Position numbers and translations under genes: made by a program. 64,000 nt of DNA from the NCBI GenBank assembly GCA_012295275.1, contig CM022667.1, positions 16,678,001-16,742,000 on the forward strand, read 5' to 3'. Shown in pieces: positions 15,110 through 32,545 of the stretch. The first letter of the stretch is position 1, and each line of letters opens with the position of its first letter. The notes beneath the pieces were generated by a model that was given only the letters and a program-made list of their open reading frames with translations, made no database searches and was not told the DNA's origin. This stretch comes from Chrysomallon squamiferum (Eukaryota > Animalia > Mollusca).

Positions 15110-16680
15110 GTAACATACATTTATTATTAATTTAACAAGATTAGTATTAAGAACTAAGAAAAAATAACTGTTCGAGTAATAATGTAAACCAGTCATTAGT
15201 TTTCATTTTCAATAAAAGTCAGTTTATTTTTACATCACACATATATTGATGTAAATATTAGTGTAAAGTTGCTGTGCATCCAAGATTCTGTTTGTTTTAT
15301 TTTTGAAATATACATATAACAAGTTTGATCTTTTGAATGGTTTTCAGATGTTTTATTGGCATACAAAAAGTAATTACATAGAATCTATCCATTTAAATAC
15401 ATCTTATTTTTTCCTTACAATGCTTAATTTCAAACTTGACAATTTTACAAGAGCTTCTAAAAGTTTCCTTAATTTTAAATAATGTACAACATATGCCATT
15501 AAATTAAAAAAATAAGTCAGGTTCGATTACAAATTAATCATTCTTCATTCACAAAAATTCTTGTTTAAATTTAATGTTTTGTATACATTTCCTTTATTTT
15601 ATTATGTGAATTCATTTATTGAAAAGTATCATTATGTATGTGTATGTATTTGCTTCTATCCATCTGTGTCTGTGTAGTTGTATGTGTTTATGTAAATATA
15701 TGTTTGTGCGTGTGTGTGTTTTGTGAACGAGCGGCATAAAGAAAGTAAAATGAAAACTCCCTATAAACAAGATATATTTAGTGTAGCTCCCAAATCAGTT
15801 TTTCAGTCTATTACCATTGTGTCCCAGTTACTTGCAGCACTAAATAATGTTACTAAAAGAAAAAGTACTGATGGTCTACAGATCTACACTAACATAGGTT
15901 TAGGATCTTACTAACAAGACTGATGAGAGAGGAAGGATTTTTTCACTATCAAGTATATGATCCAATAATATATTCAGATAGTCGTGTCTCCAGATTAGAT
16001 TACGTATGTATGAATGCATGTATATGCATATATGTCTGTATGTATATATGTATGTATGTATGTATGTATATATGTATATATGTGTGTATTTATATATGTT
16101 TGAGTATATATATATATATATGCACGCATTAATAAATATTTGTATACAGCTGTCCGTTCTTTCATATAACATTATAAAGAATATTCATTATTTAGCTACT
16201 AAATATTTCTTATATCAAAAGAAAAAGTAATTTCTCTGTTCTTTATGAGAACGCTGTTGTAGGTGGTGGTGTTGCAGAAGTCGGCGCCATTAATTATTAT
16301 CTGAGTTTGCTCTTGTGATTTGTTCTCTGCTGAACTGACCATTAAGACAATGGGTCACAGCAGAAGAGAAGACAAGAATAAAGTAAATAAAAGCAAATAA
16401 CGAAAGATATTTCGACGAGAAAGAATAAAAATCTTAATTTAAAATATGTAGTATTGAGATTCACAATGGGTTTTCTCCGTTTATTTTTCATTTGATGTTT
16501 CCAACACTGAAAGTAAAATATCAAAAACTAATCATTCTAGATTACATTTTAAATTTTTGGAGAAAACAAATATCTGTAATGATGGATCAGGGTATCATTT
16601 TACAATGAGTACTCAAATTCGAAGAACACGAATCCCAACCTTCATCCTTTTACACACACAGATTTCTACATCTTCTTCTT

Positions 16681-16711
<31 letters not shown>

Positions 16712-16914
16712 TTATTATTATTAGTATTATTAGTATTAGTATTGTTATTATTATTATTATGGCTATGGTTATTAGTTATTACTTTTTTTTTTTTAGTATT
16801 ATTATTGTTAGTAGTGGAAGCAGTAATAATAGTACTAAAAGTAATATCATTAATATTAACAGTAGCCATAGGACTATTAGAAGTAGTAGCAATAACAGTA
16901 GTTGTTTATTACAT

Positions 16915-19590
<2,676 letters not shown>

Positions 19591-19843
19591 AACGAAATTT
19601 ACCTAGAAGAAGTTGTTTTAGTGTTGTTAAAAGAAAATTGTACATTTATAAAATTAACACTCGGAATAAGTATATATGGTTTTACAAAGCTTATCAACCA
19701 AGAAAAATGCTTGTTTGCTTAAAATTTGTCTGTTCGTTTAATTATTATTATTATTATTATTATTGATCGTAATGTTGATATCTTTGTACTGTATCGCTAA
19801 CAGCAATAATAATAATAATAATTATAATGAAAAGGAAAAGTAC

Positions 19844-19899
19844 CTTGAGTCGTTCGCATTGACTATACAGACGAAATAGTAAAATTCAAACAGAAGACA
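19844..19899 (-). pseudogene. 5'-truncated E1 remnant without ATG
   Basis: FCLNFTISSV*SMRTTQ followed by a G|GT donor. Confidence 0.55.
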
Positions 19900-20584
19900 A
19901 AATCTGGTTTATACAGAGGCACAACTACCAAAGTTTTTATACTGTAACAATATATCCATCTCACTGTTGTATGATGTCATCTAATGTATCTGTGTATACA
20001 GTATCGATGGCTACAGAGTTATTTAAATTATCCAGAGAAGAAACTTAATTAAAGCCATCTGCATAAGTATAACGTTATCGGTAGACATTAAGATAGACGT
20101 AGAATTTTTTAGTAAATGAATATCCCTAATAATCATAATAACGAGACAGACAGACAGACACACACACACACACACACACATTCTTCATAATTGTAAACTC
20201 TGTTTCAAATTTGTTTCTTTTCAGACTTTGGTAATAATAAAACAAAATATTCTTGTCCTTCAGCCAACAACTTCTTAAGCTAATGGCGTTGTTGCAGTTG
20301 GTGCTGGAGTATTTATAGAGCACCGAGCCTTTCCTAGTTCAGGTGGAAAATCATCGTATTAGTCTGGTTTTGGACAAAAACAAATACCACCGTCTCCGAA
20401 AGTCGCTGTTTGGTCACCAACTAGAGCCTGACCAAATGGAGTTATACAGGTCCGTTCTTAGAACAAAAAATAATAATAATACACGTTCATCTATCTTTGT
20501 CGCTTTCTCAGCATATTAGATTGTGTGTGTATATGTACTTATGTATATATATGCACGTATCGATAACTATTTGTATAATTTGTT

Positions 20585-20660
<76 letters not shown>

Positions 20661-20689
20661 AAATAATAATTTGTTTGCAGCATCGTAGA

Positions 20690-20851
20690 GGTGATAAGTG
20701 GTGTTGTTGTCGTTCCTGAACACAAAGCCACGCCATATTCTGGTCGTCATGAACGAATAACTTGTACTTGTGGAGGACATTTACAGTCACCATCATCATT
20801 TCTGTTCTTCTCCACGTAACACGTGTCCTGATGGCGTTTTACAGTTACGTT
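20690..20851 (-). pseudogene. E3 exon with an 8-nt deletion and a TGG>TGA change
   Basis: Acceptor at 20852-20853. catcatcatttctg versus consensus catcatcactaaagtatttctg. Confidence 0.7.
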
Positions 20852-20934
20852 CTGTAATAATAATAATAATAATAAATAATAATAATAACAACAGTAACAA
20901 CAACAACAGCAACAACAACAATAACAATAATAAT

Positions 20935-21009
<75 letters not shown>

Positions 21010-21204
21010 ATCTTCTTTTTTATTGTATGGTCTGGTACTATAACGTATTAAAACTGCTACTACTAATAATTATAACATTATTATTACTAATCCAATATTA
21101 ATGCTCGAACAAAACTAGTAATACTACTAATAATAAATAGTACGTCTACTACTAATAATAATTAGACGTTTGCTTTGTCTACTGCTGTTGGTATAAAGAG
21201 ATAC

Positions 21205-21441
21205 CTTGACATGTGTATCTTCCATACCCATCAGGTCCTTCAGGATCGAAACACATTGGTGCTAAATAATCAGCGTACATACAACGAATTTCTAATTCAG
21301 ATGAAGAATCATAAATACGCTGACAACGACACTCGTACGCACAACGATCATGGTGTGGAACGATTTGTCCAGGTCCGTACATTTGTCCATTGTGAGAGCA
21401 GTGAGATGGCATCGGAGGTCTGGATATAGGTGGCGGCAGAT
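21205..21441 (-). CDS. E2 VWC-like exon with an open frame and one Cys lost, second module of the shuffled copy 20690-26350
   Basis: 237 nt, phase 1-1. DLPPPISRPPMPSHCSHNGQMYGPGQIVPHHDRCAYECRC...MCFDPEGPDGYGRYTCQ. Confidence 0.6.
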
Positions 21442-21481
21442 CTGTAGTGTGTGTTGAAAAATAAGTAAAATAATAATAATA

Positions 21482-21528
<47 letters not shown>

Positions 21529-22688
21529 AAATAATAATAATTATGATAATAACAAAAGCAACAATAAAAATAGCTGTTATAGTAATAATGACATTAATTT
21601 TCATCTTGTATATGTTTTATAACTTACTGGTTATGGAAACAACTGCTTGGAGATATCTCTATATCTAGAGTGTTTATCATCACAAGCATAGCCGGATTTA
21701 AGCATAAGCTAAACATGGCTTAGGTGTTCATATCTGAGAAGATTTCAGACATTCTGTTTATGCATTTATCAATATGTAAACTACGCACATAATGTATATT
21801 TAAAAACCGATTTACCTTAATTTGCAATATTATCTTAGTCACCAGAACATTTTACAGGAATTAATTTCCAATGTTATTTTTGAGATTAATAAATATTTTG
21901 AAACGGAATATCCTCAATGTCCAAACAGAAAACCTTTCGCTTGGACTGATTTCTTTTGCATGTTGGACGCATTCTACTAATTTCAGTTATTAACTGTAAA
22001 TAGGATCGCTACAGATTCTCACAGTTTAAGACCTGGACAGGTTTCCTTTCAGCCATGTCCAAGGCAGAGTTTACACTTTTGCAAGAACGCTTTAATATCA
22101 TATCGTTACTCACACCATTACTCATATCGTTAACGTGAAGACGTCAGAGATAATTCTTAACATTAAGTAAATGTTTACGATTTTTGCGAGATAGGTGTAA
22201 TACAAGATATAAATTTCAGAATTGTTTTCTTGACATTTCAATCTGCGCTAATTCTGTTAAGGGAGAAAATATGATGAAACCTGACCTTCGTGTTATTGTA
22301 CTTTTAAAATGTGAGAAAACAGGAGATAAATGAAATGCAAATTTATCAAGAAGAAGATATTTGTGGGTTATCAAAGGAAAGAACACATAAACATATAGCA
22401 TAGCATTGTGACAGCGATAATTATTGAATGAAACCTGGGAGTAGTGGCATGTGATTTTTCGAATCTTATCAACTCTGGTTGCTGTATATTTGTTTCATTG
22501 TTCTTGTTTGATCTTTTTCATATTTTTTTTTTCATTCACACGTTGTTAGTGAGTTCAGCACATCCATCTTAACGTCACAGAATAGCGACTGTCTCCTTTC
22601 AGCTTTACATCGCATAAATCCAGAGTCGTCAGTTTAGAAAATGAAAATTCCAAAATGTATCACATTTAATAAATACACTATTTTTATT

Positions 22689-22747
<59 letters not shown>

Positions 22748-22897
22748 TGGTTTTTTTAAACTCATGTTTGTTTTGGGGTTTTCCGTCTTGAAAAGTCGGA
22801 CATTTCAAAGTTTGGCAAAACCGGAAGTGTATGGCGAAATCGCCGATGTGAGAAATATTAGAAAAATGGTTGACATTTAGTTCTACTACCTGGTTTG

Positions 22898-22962
<65 letters not shown>

Positions 22963-23429
22963 TATATGATGACAACAACAATAGGAATAGCTGTTATCAT
23001 AATAACAACATGAATCTATATTGGTCAAATTCAAACTGAAAACTATTTTTTAATTTTTTTATCTACTTTCTTTTTAATTTTTTTTTAATGACTTACTGGG
23101 CATGGAAACAACTACTTGAAGATATCGATATGTCTGTAATGTTTGTTATCACCACGACAACACACACGCTAACTTGATGTTTTATAGTCAGATGTCTCCA
23201 GAATTTCTCTTTATATATTTATTAACTGATAAAAAATTAAACATAATTTATATTTAAAAACTGATTTAGTCTAATTTACAATATTAATGTAATCAACATA
23301 AGGCTTTATGAGAATCAGTTTTCAGTATTGTTTTCAGATTAATAAATATTTCGAAGCGGAATATCGATTCATATTGGCGGCATTCTACGTTATTTTTAAT
23401 ATTATTACTGTTGTTGTTTGTATTATTAT

Positions 23430-23485
<56 letters not shown>

Positions 23486-23608
23486 TTATTATTATTATTA
23501 ATATCATCTTTATTATTACTGTGATTTTCTTACTAATATTGATCACAGTGTAATTATTATTGTTATACAGGTGGTAGCTTGTTTTGATAATATTCATCTA
23601 GCTGTTAC

Positions 23609-23643
<35 letters not shown>

Positions 23644-23735
23644 GAAGAAGAAGAAGAAGAAGAATATTAATAAGAATAATAACAACAGCTATGATGATCA
23701 AAATAATAGTAATAATAATAATAATTACAAATTAC

Positions 23736-23949
23736 CTTGCGTTGTCGTTTCTGAAAGTCGTGGTTTTGTAGATGTTGGTGGTGATGCTGCCGTTGTAGTA
23801 GGTGCGGAACACAAAGCCACGCCATATTTTAGCTCCCAAGCACCAAAAGATACGCACTTGTGGAGGATATTTACTGTAACCATCATCACTAAAGTATTTC
23901 TGTCCATCTCCTCGTAACACGTGTCCTGGTGTCGTTTTACACTTGCGTT
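23736..23949 (-). pseudogene. Internal-type E3 exon ending in an E1-like donor, with a +1 frameshift and two Cys lost
   Basis: ERKCKTTPGHVLRGDGQKYFSDDGYSKYPPQVRIF(fs)GAWELKYGVALCSAP...LSETTTQ G|GTAATT, 214 nt. Confidence 0.7.
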
Positions 23950-23951
23950 CT

Positions 23952-23986
<35 letters not shown>

Positions 23987-24169
23987 CATAATAATAATAA
24001 TAATAATAACAATAATAATAACAACAAGAAAACATAATATAATTAATTAATGGTCTACTTTTTTCCTGAATACATTATTATTACGACAACAACCATTGTT
24101 GCTATTGCTGCAGCTAACACAACTCTTACCTTCCTGAAATACTAATACAAATACGTTTACTAATGAATG

Positions 24170-24660
24170 AATGAATGAAAAAAATTAACGTGCTAATCAG
24201 AGCAAGCTGTTGTGAAGCTTTCTGACAGGTCAGCGGGCGTATCCGTCGCAGAAAAGAGTTTTGGGTAAGTTAACAGAATGGGTTCTCGTTACGATTGCAG
24301 GACACAAGGAAGTGTCCAACATATCGGATCGTAACGAGTCGGTTCCGATGTTTCGTACACGTTATCCGCTCCTTGTTGTTTCAGATACTTGTCTGGCTCG
24401 TTGAAGCTCTCCTAGTCATCATCGGGTCCGAGTTGGTTGGGTCCTGTTTGTTTGTCCTCTTGTCGGCTGGTGCTGATATTTCTTTGTTCTTTTTGGCTGC
24501 TTTCTTCTGGTCCAACAATTCCAACTTTTTTTTTCTATTTTCGTTGTCAATGGTCTTTTTATTGATTAAAAGGATGCTGTGAACACCTGTAACTAAGAAG
24601 AATAACATGAGTGTAGTTAACTTATTTACATTTTATTTTATTTTATTCTATTTTATTTTT
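24170..24660. mobile_element. Unclassified, relatively GC-rich interspersed insertion in intron 2
   Basis: Absent from paralogous introns. Its first 40 nt or so (aaaaaattaacgtgctaatcagagcaagctgttgtgaagc) recur at about 58232-58272. Confidence 0.4.
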
Positions 24661-25108
24661 GTATTTTGATTTAAAAGATGTTATAAATATTTGCAGCTAG
24701 GAATTTTACTAATATTGCTACTATATTACTTATATGACTAGTAGCATTGATTCTGCTACTGCCACAACTTTTACAACACTTCCACGACAATAGTTCATTA
24801 GTCTTCATTACTGTTTCTAATTTTTACTCGTAATACTTTACTAAGCCTGCGATTACTAGAAGTAATGCTATAAATACCACTACTAATACAATCAGAATTA
24901 CTAATACTACGATACTACTTTGATACTTTCTACTCTTGTTGTCATAAAGATAAACTGAAGAATTGTGTACCTTGGTATGTGTACCTCAATTAATAGTTCT
25001 ACTGCCAATAATACTATGATTCCTACTGGTATAACCGAGATAACTAATAATTAGACATTCAGTTCATCTACTGCTGTTTGTATAGAGAGACACTGAAAAG
25101 TTGTCTAC

Positions 25109-25351
25109 CTCGACACGTGTATCTTTGACAGGCATCAGGACCGTGATCAACAGGATCGAAACACATTGGTGGGAAATAATCAGCGTGTATACAACGAATT
25201 TCTAATTGAGATGAAGAAAAACCAGTAGGCTGACAACGACACTCGTCCGCACAACGTTCATAATCTGGAACGACTTCTCCAGACAGGTAGATTCTTCCAT
25301 TGTGAGAGCAGTGCGGTGGTAATGGAGACGTCAATAGACAAGGAGGTAGCT
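25109..25351 (-). CDS. E2 VWC-like exon with an open frame
   Basis: 243 nt, TATAG acceptor and G|GTAG donor. ELPPCLLTSPLPPHCSHNGRIYLSGEVVPDYERCADECRC...MCFDPVDHGPDACQRYTCR. Confidence 0.65.
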
Positions 25352-26187
25352 CTATAATGTGTATGAAAAAATACGAACAACAAAAACCTTAATAATAATA
25401 ATAAGAAGAAGTAGAAGAAGAAGAAGAAGAAGAAGAATACCAATAACAGCAATAATAATAAAAATAACAACAACAAAACTTAAAAACAATAACAATAGCT
25501 GTCATAATAATAATGACATCAATCTATATTAGAAAAATTCAAACAGAAAACTGTCATTCTAATTCTTATCTTGTGTATTTCTCTATGACTTATTGGACAT
25601 GGAAACAACTACTTGAAGATATCAGTATATCTAGAGTGTTTAGACTCACTGCCAAAGCCGAATTTAAGCATAAGCTTAATATATAAACTATGCAAATAAT
25701 GAATATTTAAAAACGGATTTAATCTAATTTACAATATTATCGTAATCAATACAAGATTTTATAGGAATTAATTTCCAGTATTATTTTCAGATTAATAAAT
25801 ATGTTGAAACGGAATATCGTCAATGTCCAAACCGAACACCTTTCGCTTGGACTGATTTCTTTTGTTTATTGGAAGCATTCTACTAATTTCAGTTATTAAC
25901 AGCCAAATAGGATCGTTAAAGATTCATATAATTTTAGACCTGGACAGGTTTCCATTCAGCCGTGTCCACCGCAGAGGTTACACGTATACAAGAAGCTTTT
26001 AATATCATATCTTTGTTCATTTAACTTGAAGAACACACAGAGAATTCTTAATATTAAGTAAACTGTTCACTGTACTTAGACACACTAAAATGTTTATGAT
26101 CTTTACGAGATAGATGTAGCATTGGAATCTGTGCTAAATCTGTTAAGGGAGATAGTCAAGAAATATGACTTTCGAGTTATTCTACTT

Positions 26188-26255
<68 letters not shown>

Positions 26256-26271
26256 AATAAGTACAAATTAT

Positions 26272-26350
26272 CTGGAGTTGTTCGCACTGACAAGACAGAC
26301 GAAATAATAAAATTCAAACAGAAGACTGAAAAGAGCATGTGAACAGCCAT
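26272..26350 (-). pseudogene. E1 signal exon with a destroyed donor (GT>AT)
   Basis: MAVHMLFSVFCLNFIISSVLSVRTTP G|ATAATT. Confidence 0.65.
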
Positions 26351-26545
26351 AATGTCACTTTTCGTTTGTGATGTTTTTCAGTATTGATACCTCTTTTTGG
26401 TAAATAGGTTAAGTATGTATAGAAACGACTGGTGAGCTGTAATGCTGACAGCGGATCGCATCGTCAGTGAAGTATACAGACTGATATAATAAGAGTTTAC
26501 CATGTGTACCATTATAATCTCTGTCTCTCAGTTTTTAAATGTTTC

Positions 26546-26654
<109 letters not shown>

Positions 26655-26734
26655 AAGACAATGTTTCTCACTGTTTTCCATATATTTATTTTATCTTATT
26701 ATGTGTATTCATTCATAGCAAAGTATTCATATGC

Positions 26735-26769
<35 letters not shown>

Positions 26770-26808
26770 GATAGATAGATAGATATATATATATGTGTGT
26801 ATATATAC

Positions 26809-26859
<51 letters not shown>

Positions 26860-27829
26860 TTATACATACACAGACACACATATATGAATATATATATATA
26901 TATATATATGTATTTGCAGGTGTAATCAGGTAATCGTTCTGCAGATTAAATTATGTATGTATGTATATGTATGTACGTTAGAGTAGGTATACATGTATTA
27001 ATCAATATCTGTGTGAAGTTATATAGTATTCAGTATAATATTATATAAATTTGTTAAATCAAATGAAAACGATTTATTATTATTTTTTTTTTTTTTTTTT
27101 TTTTTTTGTTTTTTGTAAGTGGTGGTTTTGTACATCTCGGTGTTGGCGTTGCAGTTGGTTTAGAACACAAAACCACGTTCAACTCTGCTTCCCATGAATT
27201 CATTCACGACATGCTCCTATACTTTTATTTGATGAATACGAAGCAGGTAGTAGAACTAAATGTGAACCATTTTTGTAAGATTTCTCACGTGTACGACTCT
27301 CTGACCGGCGATATCGCCATACACTTGCGGGTTTTTCCAAACTTTGAAACTTTAGACTTTAGAAGAGGTTTAAAAAGATAAAACATAAAAAGCATGTATG
27401 TGTATGTATTTGCATCTGTCTGTGTGTCTGTTGGTGTGTGTGTGTGTGTGTGTGTGTGTCTGTGTGTGTGCTTCTCTGTCTCTGTTCGCATTTGTTTGAG
27501 AGAATGAGAATCGTACATTTACGTAGACAGAGACAAAGAGAGAGAGAGAAAAACATAAAAAGCAAACTCCCTATAAACAAGATATACCGATGACAACTTC
27601 CACATTATTTATTCAGTTTGTAAAGATATTTCCCAATCAGAATAGTCTCTGCAGATTAGAGTATATATGTGTATATGTGTGTGTATTAATATATTTCAGA
27701 GCATATCTGCACCTATTAATAAATATTTGTATAGAGTTGTACATTATTTCATACAACATTATAATGAATATTCATTATTTAGCCACTAAATGTTTCTGAT
27801 ATCAAAAGAAAAAGTCATTTCGCTGTTCT

Positions 27830-28032
27830 TTATGAGAAGGCTGTTGTAGGTGGCGGTGTTGCAGAAGTCGGTGGCGTTGACTCGGGTGCAGAACACAAAG
27901 CCACGACATATTCTGGTTCTCAATCACCAAAAATAAGCACTTGAGGAGTACATTTACAGTAACCATCATCACTAAAGTATATGTGTTCATCTCCACGTAA
28001 CACCTGTCCTGACGTTGTTTTACAATTACGTT
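27830..28032 (-). pseudogene. Terminal E3 exon with a premature TGA at the conserved Trp
   Basis: ERNCKTTSGQVLRGDEHIYFSDDGYCKCTPQVLIFGD*EPEYVVALCSAP...TTAFS*. Confidence 0.7.
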
Positions 28033-28035
28033 CTG

Positions 28036-28070
<35 letters not shown>

Positions 28071-28394
28071 ATAATAATAATAATAATAATAATATTACTA
28101 GTAGTAATAATAGTGATAATAATAGTTATTATTATTATCTGTATACTCTAGTATTATAAAACTACTACAAGAACTGTTACTTCTGCTAACGCAAATACTA
28201 CTACTAATTATGATACCAATACATTTGCTATTAGTAATACTATTATTATTACCAGTAGTATTAACTGCAACATTGATTCTACTACTGCCAGTAGAAGAAG
28301 AAAAAGAAGAAGAAGAAGAATATTAATAAGAATAATAACAATAGTTATAATGATAACAATAATAGTAATAATAATAATAATAATTACAAATTAC

Positions 28395-28580
28395 CTTCAG
28401 TCGTCGTTTCTGTAAATGGTTGCGTTGTAGAGGGTTCGGAACACAAAGCCACGCCATATTCTGGTTGCCACGAACCAATAACTTGTGCTTGTGGAGGATA
28501 TTTACAGTGACCATCATCACTAAAGTTTTTCTGTTCTTCTCCATGTATCACGTGTCCTGATGGCGTTTTACAGTTACGTT
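28395..28580 (-). CDS. Internal-type E3 exon with a donor, open frame and one Cys>Tyr change, within a probably dead gene copy
   Basis: 186 nt, phase 1-1. ERNCKTPSGHVIHGEEQKNFSDDGHCKYPPQAQVIGSWQPEYGVALCSEPSTTQPFTETTTE G|GTAATT. Confidence 0.55.
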
Positions 28581-29098
28581 CTGTAATAATAAAAATAGTA
28601 ATAATAATAATAACAATAATAATAATAGTAGTAATAATAGTGCTATTAATAATAATAATAATTTTATTGTATACTCTAGTATTACAACAAATTCTACTAT
28701 TTCTCCTACTATAATTATTTTAAGTAATAGTATTAATATTGTAACAAGTCTTACTATTTTTAACACAACTACTACAAGAACTATTACTACTGCTACTGCA
28801 ATTACTAATTATGATACCAATACATTAGCTATTAGTAATATTATTATTATTACAACTAGCATATTACTTGTAACATTGATTCTACTACTGCCACAAGTTT
28901 TACGAGTCCTCGACGAAAAGAGTTTCTCAGTCTTCATTACTGGTTGTTAGTATTATAACAACTTTTACTACTAATATACTATGACTACTACTACTATAAT
29001 TACTCCTAATATTTTCACTAATAATCCTAATATTGTAACTACTCCTACTACATACACTACTACTACAACAATAACAACCACTACTCCAAATACCACTT

Positions 29099-29674
29099 CA
29101 GTGGAACCTCAGGTTAAGAACTTAATTCGTTCCAGAACAAGTTTCGTAAACCGAAATGTACGTAAACCGAAGTGATATCAGACACACGGAAGCAAAACTG
29201 ATGTTTTGCAATTATTTCTTTCTTAATCTCTACTGTGATACATTTCTGCTTTCCACCAGCAATATCGCTTCACTTTTTGTTTTCTTGGGCGCCATATTGG
29301 ATAGGGTATAATAAAAAAAAATACACACATAAAAGCAGCAACAGTTTAAAAAGAAGCGAGCGCACAATCTCAATGCAAAAGCTACTGAGCTGCAGCTGCA
29401 TATAGCAGACTAAAGGCGCTAACTCATGGTATATATTTGCTATAGGGCATGCCTGTAATCGTTACTTTAAACTCGGTTTTGACTTAAGCATATATTTTTA
29501 TCTTTACTACCTGTTGACGTCAAAACCGACGTCAAAAGAAAGCTTGTCGTAGCGCGTTGCTGTAGTTCGTAACTCGGGACATTACTCGTAAACCGAGACA
29601 AAACTTGTCCAGGATCACGGTTCCGTAATCCGATTTGTTCGAGCTTCGAGGCTTCGTAACCCGAGGTTCTACTG
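29099..29674. mobile_element. Non-autonomous Tc1/mariner-superfamily (pogo/Tigger-like) element in intron 2
   Basis: TIRs CAGTGGAACCTCAGGTTAAGAA / TTCGTAACCCGAGGTTCTACTG, with TA on the right flank. Confidence 0.75.
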
Positions 29675-30059
29675 TACTAATATGATACCAATACATTTGC
29701 TATTACTAATACTATTATATTACATTTAGGACATTACTAGAAGCACATACCCTACTACTGCTACAAGTTTTGCAAGACCTCCACAATAATGGTCTCTTAG
29801 TCTTCATTATTGGCTGTTACTATTACTCTCGCTATAAAATCAACCAGTACTTCTACTATTACTACTACTATCGATACTATTACATTACTACCACTTCTTC
29901 TATTAATTCTACTATTAACTAAAAGTCTAACATTATTATTACTAATCCTATCATTAATGGTAATAGTAAGCTTTCAACTGCTGATAATAATTGCTCGAAA
30001 TACTACTACTAATACTACTACTAATAATAATAATAATTATAATAATAAGATTACTACAA

Positions 30060-30283
30060 CTAGGCATCAGGACCGTCATCAACCGGATGGAAACACATCG
30101 GTGATAAATAATCAGCGTATATACAGCGAATTTATAATTCAGATGAAGAATCATAACTACGCTGACAACGACACTCGTACGCACAACGATCATAGTCTGG
30201 AACGACTTCTCCAAGTCTGTACATCTGTCCATTGTGAGAGCAGTGAGGTGGTATTGCAGGTGTGGATGTAGGTGGCGGCAGCT
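30060..30283 (-). pseudogene. E2 exon with a premature TAA and truncated 3' end
   Basis: ELPPPTSTPAIPPHCSHNGQMYRLGEVVPDYDRCAYECRCQRSYDSSSEL*IRC...GPDA*. Confidence 0.7.
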
Positions 30284-30404
30284 CTGTAGTGTGTGTGGAA
30301 AAATCAGAACAACATTGACAATAATAATAATAACAATAATAGTAGTAATAATAATAAAAACAATAACAATAATAACAATAATTATTATGAAAACAATAAT
30401 AAAC

Positions 30405-30441
<37 letters not shown>

Positions 30442-30514
30442 GAAGAAGAAGAAGAAGAAGAAGATTAGTGACAATAATAATAAAAATATAAATAATAATA
30501 TAAGTACAAATTAC

Positions 30515-30590
30515 CTTGAGTCGTTGGCATTGACAAGACAGAAGAAATAATAAAATTCACACAGAACAAGAAGAACATGTTAACAGCCAT
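30515..30590 (-). CDS. E1 signal exon (MAVNMFFLFCVNFIISSVLSMPTTQ) of copy 27830-30590
   Basis: 76 nt with ATG and donor intact. The 5' part and promoter are partly re-duplicated at about 30710-30830. Confidence 0.6.
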
Positions 30591-30918
30591 GTTGCCGCTT
30601 TTCGTTTGTGACATGAGTCACTATTGACAACGTTTAAGCAGTTGTTTCCACATGCGAAATTTGATGCCTCTGTTTAGTATACAGAAACGACTGCTGATAT
30701 GTAATGTAAAGTTCACACACAAGAAGAAGAGCATGTTAACAGCCATGTTGCCGCTTTTCGTTTGTGACAGGAGTCAGTATTGACAACGTTGAAGCAATTT
30801 GATTACACACGCGCAATTTGATGCCTCTATTTGTCATAGAGAAACAATTGGTTATATGAAATGCGAATCATACTACCATTACTCTCTCTCTCTTCTACTC
30901 TCTCTCTGTTCTCTCTTG

Positions 30919-31048
<130 letters not shown>

Positions 31049-31438
31049 AATACCCATACATTTCTGGATAAAATTTAATCAAATAATAAAAATCCATAAC
31101 TACAATTTTCATAATATTTTATCAAGAAGAAGACGGAGTTATTTTTCATTATAATAAAAATTATTTCAAACTTGAATTACAATTTTAGAAGAGCTTCTAC
31201 CACTTTCCTTTCATTTTAAATATTGTACAATATGTATACCATTAAATTAATGAAAAAGTTAGGTTCGATTTCTTCACCTCTGTACAATCTGATTATCATT
31301 CAGAAAAATTTGTTTAAATTTAGTGTATTGTATACACTTACCTTATTTTATTATCTGAATTCATTTATTAAAAAGTATCATTTTGTATGTGTAGTGTATA
31401 CAATTTGCTTCTGCCTGTGTATTTGTAAGTGTATACGC

Positions 31439-31472
<34 letters not shown>

Positions 31473-32545
31473 GAGAGACTGAGAGAGATAACTTTACATT
31501 TATTAACTCAAACTGTGAGAAAGAGACAGAACGAAAGTCAAATAAAACTCCCTATAAACAAGTTATATTTATCCCAAATCATTTTCTCAGTCTGTTACAA
31601 TTGTGTCCAAGTTAACTGCAGCACTAAATAATGTTACTAAAAGAAAAGTTACTGATAGTCTACACGTCTACACTAACATATGTTTACGATCTTACTAATA
31701 AGACTGATGATACAGGACGATAAAGGATTTTATTCAGTATCAATTATATTTTCCAAGAGGGAATATAAATTTTAATTTCTAATAACTCAGATGTAACCTC
31801 TCCTTCAGTATTCAAACATTTTTATCTATATCTTTTCTTCTTTGCAAAAATATATTCACTTCCTCACCTCATGAAGTTATTTTTTCATTATAACACTTAA
31901 TTTCAAACTTGACAATTTGTATGTTTACTTGTACAAACTCAAGGTGGTGGTGTTGTAGATATCGGTGTCTACAATTACTTCTAAATCAATAGCTCAGTCT
32001 GTTACGATGTTTCAAAGTTAATTATAGCACTAAATAATGTCACTAATAGAAAAAAAAATGACAGTCTACACGTCTACACTAACAGAGCTTTGTGATCTTA
32101 CTTAGAAAGAAAGAAGAAAGATTTTTATTCAGCGTTAATTATATTTTCCAAGAGATAACATAATCTTTAAAGCCACGCCATATTCTGGCGTCCATTTACA
32201 AACACAGATGTATTTACCATTATATAGTAAATTAGCCTAAATTGTAATTGTCCTGATTCCGTTTTTACTTACGTTCTTTTTTAAACTTTTAATAAAAATA
32301 ATTATAAATAACCATAAATAATCATTTATTCAGATAATCGTATCTGCAGATTGGAATACGTACGTATGTATGTATGTATGTATGTATGTATGTATGTATG
32401 TATATGTATGTATGTAGTATATATGTATGTTTGAGTAGATATGCACGTATTAATAATCATTATTTCATGTAACATTATAAACAATATTCATCACTTAGCT
32501 ACTAAATACTTTTTATTTCAAAAGAAAAAGTCATCTGTCTGTTGT

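Noticed and set aside
27920-27922. Selenocysteine or readthrough at the in-frame TGA
   Set aside because: It aligns to Trp rather than Cys, and the same gene copy has other inactivating lesions.
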